Below, piece by piece: positions 1 to 5,979 of a DNA stretch of 32,000 bases. Made by a program: the position numbers and the translations under genes. Positions within the stretch are counted from its first letter, which is position 1; every line of letters begins with the position of its first letter. The stretch is from Methanopyrus kandleri AV19 (GTDB lineage Archaea; JAADCQ01; Methanopyri; Methanopyrales; Methanopyraceae): NCBI RefSeq assembly GCF_000007185.1, contig NC_003551.1, positions 90,001-122,000 of the forward strand, read 5' to 3'. Under the pieces are notes generated by a model, which did no database searches, was not told where the DNA came from, and saw only the letters and a list, made by a program, of their open reading frames with translations.

Positions 1-1
1 C

Positions 2-763
2 ATGAGGCTGCGAGAGGAGCTCAATATTGACCTCTTCGTGCACCCGAACATGGGTGACGGCGGTCTCGCGGTCGGAGCGGCGCTGTGGGCGTGGGCGGAG
101 GAGGAGCTCGCCCGTGGGCGGAGACCCGAACCGCGACGTTTGGAGGACGTGTACTTCGGACCTGAATACGATAGGGAAGAAGTGCGTAAGGCGCTGGAAG
201 AGCATGACATGACGGACCGGGCGGAGTACGTGGGGAAAGACCCCGACGCCATCGTCCGCAAGCTGCTGGAGGGCAAGACCGTAGCATTGTTCCACAGCCG
301 TATGGAGTACGGCCCCAGGGCGCTCGGAGCCAGGAGTATTCTCGCCGACCCGCGAGATCGGGGCGTGGTGGATAAGCTCAACCGTGATCTGGGTCGGGAC
401 CCGTTTCAGCCCTTCGCGCCGACGATCCTGTCCGAGGACGCCCCGGAGTACCTCCGGAGGCCCTGTGAGTCACCGTTCATGACCCTAGCCTTCCGCGCCA
501 CGGATACGTTCCGCAGGAAGGCTCCGGCGGTGGTTCACGTCGACGGGACCACACGTCCACAGACCCTCCGGGACGAGCTGCCGTTCTACCGAGAGGTGAT
601 CGAGACGTTCCGAGAGGAGACCGGGTTAGGAGCCGTCCTGAATACCAGCTTCAATCCCCATGGTGAGCCCATCGTGTGCTCACCGAGAGACGCACTCGAG
701 GCGTTCGAGCACGGTGTTGCGGACGTCCTGTGGATCGAAGGCTACATGATCGAGCGGGGGTGA
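2..763 (+). CDS. Carbamoyltransferase, NodU/CmcH family, C-terminal part (5' end lies upstream of the window)
   Basis: The ORF is open to the window edge. The blocks HPNMGDGGLAVGAA, MEYGPRALGARSILADPRD, FQPFAPT, VVHVDGTTRPQT and NTSFNPHGEPIVCSP are those conserved in carbamoyltransferase C-terminal domains. Confidence 0.8.
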   Translation: MRLREELNIDLFVHPNMGDGGLAVGAALWAWAEEELARGRRPEPRRLEDVYFGPEYDREEVRKALEEHDMTDRAEYVGKDPDAIVRKLLEGKTVALFHSRMEYGPRALGARSILADPRDRGVVDKLNRDLGRDPFQPFAPTILSEDAPEYLRRPCESPFMTLAFRATDTFRRKAPAVVHVDGTTRPQTLRDELPFYREVIETFREETGLGAVLNTSFNPHGEPIVCSPRDALEAFEHGVADVLWIEGYMIERG

Positions 764-767
764 GCTC

Positions 768-1475
768 GTGCCGCGGCCGAAGGTCCTGTACAACGTTGGG
801 ATGACGGCGGACGGGAAGGTCGTGACCGCCGCCGGAGATTCCAGGATCTCGGGCGAAGAGGATCTCAAAGAGGTCCACAGGTTGAGAGCAGAACACGACG
901 CGGTGGCCGTGGGGATCAACACGGTGCGGAAGGACGACCCCATGCTGAACGTGCGGTTGGTGGAGGGAGAAGACCCCATCCGAGTCGTGTTCGACACCGA
1001 GTGCTCCATTCCGCTCGACTGTCGCCTAGTTCGCACCGCTCGGGATATCCCCACGGTCGTGCTCTGTGCCGAGGCCGACCCGGGTCGCGTCGAGAAGCTC
1101 GAGAAAAGAGGTGTGAAGGTGGAGGAAGTCGGTGCCTGTGAGGACGGCGTCGATGTGGAGCGTGGGCTGGAGCTGCTCTACGATATGGGAGTACGAACCT
1201 TGCTACTCGAAGGTGGGCCAACGCTGGCCTGGTCCTTCTTGAAGCGCGGCCTGATCGACGAGTTCCGTGTGGCCGTGGCTCCCGTGCTCGTGGGCGGGTC
1301 CGACGCGTTGACGCCCGTAGAGGGTGAGGGGTTCCCGCGTGTCGATCTCGGAGTGGGCCTGGAATTAAAACGGGTGGAGCGAGTGGGGCGCGACGTGGTG
1401 CTCTGGTACGAGGTTTCCGGATCCGCCGCCGACCTGGCCTCCGAACACGAAGAGGCTCGGGGGAGATCGTCATGA
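768..1475 (+). CDS. RibD C-terminal-type pyrimidine reductase (2,5-diamino-6-ribosylamino-4(3H)-pyrimidinone 5'-phosphate reductase-like)
   Basis: GTG start 5 nt after the upstream stop. Motifs MTADGKV, HRLRAEHDAVAVGINTVRKDDPMLNVR, IRVVFD and LLLEGGPTLAWSFLKRGLIDEFRVAVAPVLVGG match the RibD_C/DHFR-like reductase fold. Confidence 0.75.
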   Translation: MPRPKVLYNVGMTADGKVVTAAGDSRISGEEDLKEVHRLRAEHDAVAVGINTVRKDDPMLNVRLVEGEDPIRVVFDTECSIPLDCRLVRTARDIPTVVLCAEADPGRVEKLEKRGVKVEEVGACEDGVDVERGLELLYDMGVRTLLLEGGPTLAWSFLKRGLIDEFRVAVAPVLVGGSDALTPVEGEGFPRVDLGVGLELKRVERVGRDVVLWYEVSGSAADLASEHEEARGRSS

Positions 1476-1828
1476 AGTGTCCGGAGTGCGGGACCGAGAT
1501 GCGATCGGAGCTCCGGGACGATGGGGTGGAACTCCTCAGGTGTCCCGAGTGCGGCAAGGAGATCAAGCGCGTCCCGTCGTACCGGGAGTTCGGTCTGAAG
1601 TGCCCGAACTTCTTCGAGATGACGGTACCGGAGTGGGACGAAGAAGTGCTCGGGAAGGAGGTTGTGGTGGTCGTCAAGTACCGTTCTCCGGACGGTTACC
1701 GCCGCCGCAAGATCCGGGGTAAGGCGGTGCGGATCGACAACCGAGGCAACCTCGTGATCCGTCGAGAGGACGGTTTCGAGGTCTCGTTGTACCCCCAAGT
1801 AGTCGAGAACATCAAAGTACTGGAGTGA
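1472..1828 (+). CDS. Small zinc-ribbon protein with C-terminal beta-rich domain (function unknown)
   Basis: The ATG overlaps the upstream stop (ATGA at 1472-1475). CPECG...CPECG forms a 4-Cys ribbon. The C-terminal half (VVVVVKYRSPDGYRRRKIRGKAVRIDNRGNLVIRREDGFEVSLY) looks like a small beta-barrel. Confidence 0.6.
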   Translation: MKCPECGTEMRSELRDDGVELLRCPECGKEIKRVPSYREFGLKCPNFFEMTVPEWDEEVLGKEVVVVVKYRSPDGYRRRKIRGKAVRIDNRGNLVIRREDGFEVSLYPQVVENIKVLE

Positions 1829-1872
1829 GTCGGCTCCCGCCGGTCCGGTCATCGGCCGTAACGGCCTCCCAG

Positions 1873-1908
1873 ATCCCCACCGGAGATCCCATCCTCATCC
1901 CACCGGAG
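1873..1908 (+). repeat. Imperfect direct repeat ATCCC(C)ACCGGAG x2 in the intergenic region upstream of the 1983 ORF
   Basis: atccccaccggag at 1873-1885 and atcccaccggag at 1897-1908. Extra gatccc units lie at 1872 and 1885. Confidence 0.4.
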
Positions 1909-1928
1909 GGCACATGGTGCGCCACAGG

Positions 1929-1935
1929 TATTAAA
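1929..1935 (+). promoter_or_regulatory. TATA-like element (tattaaa) upstream of the secreted GATase-fold gene
   Basis: This is the only AT-rich heptamer in the GC-rich 154-nt spacer. It lies 48 nt upstream of GTG 1983 and 66 nt upstream of ATG 2001. Confidence 0.25.
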
Positions 1936-1982
1936 CGGATCTCGAGCCGACGGGCGGCCGAGGGTTCGACGGGGGTGAGCCG

Positions 1983-3164
1983 GTGCGAGCGGCGGTCACA
2001 ATGATAGCCTTCGTGGTACTCATGAGTCCGGTTTGCGCGGAGGTCCACATACTGACGTGGGCCGGCGAAGGGGCCGACTCCACCTGCGTCGCTAGGACTA
2101 AGGAGATAGTGGATTGGTGGGACACGTACAGGGCGATCGGTCCCGATACCACCATCGTCTGGCATTACACGACGAGAGTGGACCGTTGGAGGACCGTCCT
2201 GGAGACGGGGACCGACCCACTCACCGGAGCCCGGATCAGCGTGGTGTACGTCCCAGGGGGCTGGCATCCCGAGCGTTATTGGGACTTCGACTGGGTTCGA
2301 GCCCTCTACCACGCGCAGATCGACCTCGGCATCGGATACGTCGGTATCTGCGCGGGTGCCTACCTGCACGCGGGTAACACCACGTACTCCACCAGCGGGC
2401 CGGGACACGATGACGTGCTGCAGGACGGGGTCACGGTAATCGACGGCATGAACGGACCCAACAGGATATGCCGTGTACTGATACTACAGGACAACCCGCT
2501 GACCCCGGAATGGACGTGGGGCAACGTGTTCACGTACAAGTACTGGAACGGGCCGGGGTTCGGGCCGGAACCGGGTCTCGAGTTCAACAGTTCGTACAAG
2601 TGCTGGGTGAAGATCACGAACATCGAAGGCCGCGAAGTGATGATCAAGATCTGGCCGGTGGGAGAGTACGTGGACACGTGCAAGGGCTGGGCGATAGTCG
2701 CCGGACAGTACTTCGTCAAAGAAGGCGACAAGTGGGTACCACGCGGCCGGTTCGTACTCTTCGGACCGCATCCGGAACTGACGTCGAGAACGGGAGCCCA
2801 TGCGCTGCTGGCCAAGGCCATCCTGTGGGCGGCGGGAGCCAAAGTACCGATGGAACCCCAGCCGTCGCCGGTCGTCCAGGTGGTACCCAAGGGAACGATC
2901 CCGAAGGCCCTGGTAGCGGCCGTCGTGGCGACGGCACTGACCTTCGTGCTCCCGGAGGACGTCAAGGAGGAACTGTTCACGGCGTCGGACCCGATCACCC
3001 AAGGGATATTCGAAACGATTTCCAACGTAATCCAGGACAAGCTGGGGCTCGAAGTACCTCCGGAGGATCTACTGACGGTGACGGTGGCGACTGTAGTAGT
3101 CTACGCCCTTGAAGCGCTAATCGAGTGGCTGTTCGGAACGGCGCCCGCCCCGGCCTCCGCATAA
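1983..3164 (+). CDS. Secreted/membrane-anchored protein with class I glutamine amidotransferase-like (BPL_N/peptidase C26-like) fold
   Basis: N-terminal signal-like segment MRAAVTMIAFVVLMSPVCAEV. Nucleophile elbow GYVGICAGAYL, and His-Glu in RFVLFGPHPE. Two C-terminal hydrophobic helices (KALVAAVVATALTFVLP, LLTVTVATVVVYALEALIEWLFG). The start could instead be ATG 2001. Confidence 0.65.
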   Translation: MRAAVTMIAFVVLMSPVCAEVHILTWAGEGADSTCVARTKEIVDWWDTYRAIGPDTTIVWHYTTRVDRWRTVLETGTDPLTGARISVVYVPGGWHPERYWDFDWVRALYHAQIDLGIGYVGICAGAYLHAGNTTYSTSGPGHDDVLQDGVTVIDGMNGPNRICRVLILQDNPLTPEWTWGNVFTYKYWNGPGFGPEPGLEFNSSYKCWVKITNIEGREVMIKIWPVGEYVDTCKGWAIVAGQYFVKEGDKWVPRGRFVLFGPHPELTSRTGAHALLAKAILWAAGAKVPMEPQPSPVVQVVPKGTIPKALVAAVVATALTFVLPEDVKEELFTASDPITQGIFETISNVIQDKLGLEVPPEDLLTVTVATVVVYALEALIEWLFGTAPAPASA

Positions 3165-3211
3165 CCTCCCTACGGGCATTTTGTTATGAATCCGATAACG
3201 ATACCGGGCAT

Positions 3212-3290
3212 TGGTAGCGGGGCCGGGATTTGAACCCGGGACCTCCGGGTTATGAGCCCGGCGGGATGGACCTGGCTACCCCGCCCCGCT
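3212..3290 (-). tRNA. tRNA-Met (anticodon CAT), initiator type, with genomically encoded CCA and C8
   Basis: The hand-folded cloverleaf has:
- acceptor AGCGGGG/CCCCGCT, giving the A1:U72 pair
- anticodon arm CCGGG-CTCATAA-CCCGG, with three G:C pairs closing the loop
- T arm CCGGG-TTCAAAT-CCCGG
- variable loop AGGTC
- 3' ACCA

Position 8 is C rather than U. Confidence 0.9.
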
Positions 3291-3320
3291 GCCGGCCATA
3301 CGGGCTTACGACCGTGGGAT

Positions 3321-3346
3321 TACATGAATTTTTCGGGCCTCGAAAA
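3321..3346. promoter_or_regulatory. AT-rich divergent promoter region between tRNA-iMet and tmk, with inverted repeat TTTTCG-N5-CGAAAA
   Basis: The AT-rich run is tacatgaattttt. The inverted repeat is ttttcg (3330-3335) and cgaaaa (3341-3346). The element sits 31-56 nt upstream of the tRNA 5' end and about 30-50 nt upstream of the tmk ATG. Confidence 0.3.
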
Positions 3347-3371
3347 CCCCGATACCACCCGAGCGGGGAGG

Positions 3372-3962
3372 ATGCGTATGGGACTGTACCTGGGGGTCGA
3401 GGGCATTGACGGCGTCGGCAAGTCGTCCGTGGTGAACCTAGCCGCGGAGTTCCTCGAGATCCACGGGCTCGAGGTCACCACCGTGAGGGAGCCTTCCACC
3501 GACATCGGACGTGAAGCCTTGGAGTGGGACGACCCCTACCTCCAAGCCCTGGCCTTCACCCTCGACCGTATGCTCACACTTAAACGGGTGGACTTCGAGG
3601 CGGCCGACGTCGTCCTGTCCGACCGTACGTTCCTCAGCACGCTCGCCTATCAGTCCGCACTGGGCGCCGACATGCGGTGGCTGCTGGAACTCCAACGCCC
3701 GGTCCCTAAGCCCGACGTCGTGTACATCATCGATCGAGAACCGCTGGCGGAGGACGCGACGTTCGATAAGGAGTTCCTGGAGCGCGTGCGGAACCGCTAC
3801 CGGGAGGCGGCGCGACTCATCGAGGAAGAGTTCGACGTCGAAATAAAATGGATCGAGGCAGAGGATATGGACAAGGAGGAGATCGCCGAGCTGATCGTAG
3901 CCGACGCACGCCGGAGACTGGACGACCCGCTGGGGATTCCCGACGACCTCCTCGAGGGGTGA
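3372..3962 (+). CDS. tmk: Thymidylate kinase
   Basis: P-loop LGVEGIDGVGKSS, and LSDRTFLSTLAYQ (DR motif/lid). The tracked ORF start at 3252 overlaps the tRNA and was trimmed to ATG 3372. ATG 3378, 7 nt after GGAGG, is equally possible. Confidence 0.85.
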   Translation: MRMGLYLGVEGIDGVGKSSVVNLAAEFLEIHGLEVTTVREPSTDIGREALEWDDPYLQALAFTLDRMLTLKRVDFEAADVVLSDRTFLSTLAYQSALGADMRWLLELQRPVPKPDVVYIIDREPLAEDATFDKEFLERVRNRYREAARLIEEEFDVEIKWIEAEDMDKEEIAELIVADARRRLDDPLGIPDDLLEG

Positions 3963-3968
3963 CGGACG

Positions 3969-4385
3969 GTGAGCTACCGACGTGGCGCCGACTTCGAGCG
4001 TCAACTGGTACGCTACCTCCGAGAGCACGGGGGTGAGGCCGTCAGGGTGGCCGGATCCGGGGGCGCCGTCGACGTCGTGGGTTACGCACCGGCGATGGGA
4101 CACGTGGCCGTCGAGTGTAAGGTCCGCCGCGATGACAGGTTGTACGTCGAAAAAGAGGAGATCGAGGGTCTGACGACATTCGCGGAGCGGTTCCGCGCGG
4201 AGCCGTTGATAGCTTGGAAGCCACCCCACGTTCGAACGGGTCTCCCGCTTAACGCCGTCCTCTTCCCGCCCGACCTGATGGAGGAGCGCGAGAGAACGTA
4301 CGTAATCGACCTGGAAACGGCCCTCGAGGAAGGGATCGACGCCTCCAGGCTCGTCACCCGGCCCTTAGATCACTATCGAAGGTGA
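3969..4385 (+). CDS. hjc: Holliday junction resolvase Hjc
   Basis: RRGADFERQLVRYLREHG, RVAGSGGAVDVVG and VAVECKVRR match the archaeal Hjc nuclease core (E...SG..D...ExK). GTG start 6 nt after the tmk stop. Confidence 0.8.
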   Translation: MSYRRGADFERQLVRYLREHGGEAVRVAGSGGAVDVVGYAPAMGHVAVECKVRRDDRLYVEKEEIEGLTTFAERFRAEPLIAWKPPHVRTGLPLNAVLFPPDLMEERERTYVIDLETALEEGIDASRLVTRPLDHYRR

Positions 4386-5916
4386 GCACCCGTTCCTCCA
4401 GGAACTCCGAGATCTCCGGCTCTACACCCAATCTAGCGCACTCCCTCTCCACTTCCTCAACGGACGGCGCCTCCCACGGGAACCCGAGGTATTTGCCCAC
4501 CAGTCGCAGGAACAGCTCCTTGTGGCTCCGGTATCCGAGACGCTTAGCCACCGCCCGCTTGATACCCAGTTCCCGCACGAGCTTGTCCAACATCTTGGAG
4601 GTCAACGACCCGTACTGAGTAGCCCGCTTCCGCCTCTCCACCACGAAGTCCGGGAGTCCGAGCTCCGCCGCGACGCGCCTCAGGGCGCGCTTGCGCAGAT
4701 TGTCCTCGGGCCCCGAAACGTTCTCCCTGGGGTCGATACCCAGACCCGTCCTCACAACGTCCAGGTCCAGGTATGGAACCCGCAGCTCCACCGAATGGTG
4801 CATGCCGGCCTTATCGTCCCGCTCCAGGTTCACGGCGTGTATCGCGGCCACGTCCTTCCAGAGTTCCCACGAGAACCGATCCCAGTCACCGTAATGTCGC
4901 AGGTGCCGGTGGTAACCACCGAGCAGCTCGTCCGCCCCCTGACCCGAGAGCATCACCCGGATCCCGTCGTCGGACATCGCCCCGGCGCAGGCCAGGATCG
5001 GGATCCCCACCTCCACCTTCATCGGGTTCCAGGTTTCGACGGCGTAGACCGTGGCGACTACGTACCGCTCGAACTCATCCTCGAGGGATACCGAGACGAA
5101 CGGCCATCCCATCTCGTCGCACAACCGTTCGGCGACCTCCACGTCGTCCGAACCCTCGAACCCCGCGGCGTAGCACTTAACGTCCACGTACTCGGACGCC
5201 AGTTTCGCCACCGTCGAACTGTCCACCCCGCCCGAAAGTACCACACCCACGCGCTCCGTCTCCTCCACACGCTCCCGAACGGATCGCTGAAGGACCTCTA
5301 GCAGGTCTTTCCAGGAGCTTCTCCCCGGTCTCGACCTGGGGACGTCGACCACGTTCCTCAGCTCGACACGACCGTCACGGAGCACGAGCAGCGCTCCCGG
5401 TGGTACCCTACGTACGTCGCGGAACCCGGCCGCCCACAGGGCCTTGCGCTCGGAGGCCACGGCGAGCCCGGCCTCCACGCAGTAGTACAGCGGACGCACG
5501 CCGATGGGGTCCCTGGCCGCGACCACCGTGCCGTCCCTGAAGGCCGCTACGAACGCGTACTCGCCCCGGAGTACCCGAAGTGCCGCCGCCGCGTCACGTA
5601 CGGATCTTACGACCTCGAACACCGCCCAGGAGTCCGACGGCGCGTCCTCGACGAACCTCCGGTAGTTGTAGATCTCCCCGTTCACGGCCACCGCCCGATC
5701 CTCCTCGACGATCGGTTGGACCGCTGAAGCCTCGCCGCGCACCCACAGCCGGACGTGGCCTAGGACCACCTCACCCTCCGAGGGCGGCTCCTCGGAGAAC
5801 TCCACACCGTCGTCCGAGACCGAGGCGAAGCCCCGCCCGTCGGGCCCCCGGTGTTCCATCGCGGTGACCATCGCGGCGATATCGTCGTCACCGACCGCAC
5901 ACGCGATACCGCACAC
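4354..5916 (-). CDS. Asparagine synthase (glutamine-hydrolysing)-like amidotransferase
   Basis: Ntn nucleophile MCGI at the N-terminus, PP-loop VGVVLSGGVDSS, and LSGQGADELLGGY. The 3' end overlaps the hjc 3' end by 32 nt. Confidence 0.85.
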   Translation of the reverse strand: MCGIACAVGDDDIAAMVTAMEHRGPDGRGFASVSDDGVEFSEEPPSEGEVVLGHVRLWVRGEASAVQPIVEEDRAVAVNGEIYNYRRFVEDAPSDSWAVFEVVRSVRDAAAALRVLRGEYAFVAAFRDGTVVAARDPIGVRPLYYCVEAGLAVASERKALWAAGFRDVRRVPPGALLVLRDGRVELRNVVDVPRSRPGRSSWKDLLEVLQRSVRERVEETERVGVVLSGGVDSSTVAKLASEYVDVKCYAAGFEGSDDVEVAERLCDEMGWPFVSVSLEDEFERYVVATVYAVETWNPMKVEVGIPILACAGAMSDDGIRVMLSGQGADELLGGYHRHLRHYGDWDRFSWELWKDVAAIHAVNLERDDKAGMHHSVELRVPYLDLDVVRTGLGIDPRENVSGPEDNLRKRALRRVAAELGLPDFVVERRKRATQYGSLTSKMLDKLVRELGIKRAVAKRLGYRSHKELFLRLVGKYLGFPWEAPSVEEVERECARLGVEPEISEFLEERVLTFDSDLRAG

Positions 5917-5979
5917 GTTATCACCCCGTAACCCTTATTCCACGTAAATCCACGGTGGTAGTTCGGCGGGGGGTGGACT

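Noticed and set aside
916-1852. Long minus-strand ORFs (916-1677, 253 aa; 1178-1852, 224 aa) antisense to the reductase and zinc-ribbon genes
   Set aside because: Their products are Arg/Pro/Ser/Thr-rich low-complexity sequence with no motifs. They fully overlap well-supported plus-strand genes. Long stop-free antisense frames are expected at ~60-65% GC.
1854-1866. Short GC hairpins after convergent or terminal genes (GGCCG-TAA-CGGCC at 1854-1866; CGCGG-AGCC-CCGCG at 21173-21186)
   Set aside because: Five-bp stems arise easily by chance in GC-rich DNA. Archaeal termination relies mainly on oligo-T tracts, so these were not called as terminators.
3252-3371. N-terminal extension of the tmk ORF
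   Set aside because: It runs across the tRNA-Met gene and its promoter region. The conserved P-loop begins right after ATG 3372/3378.
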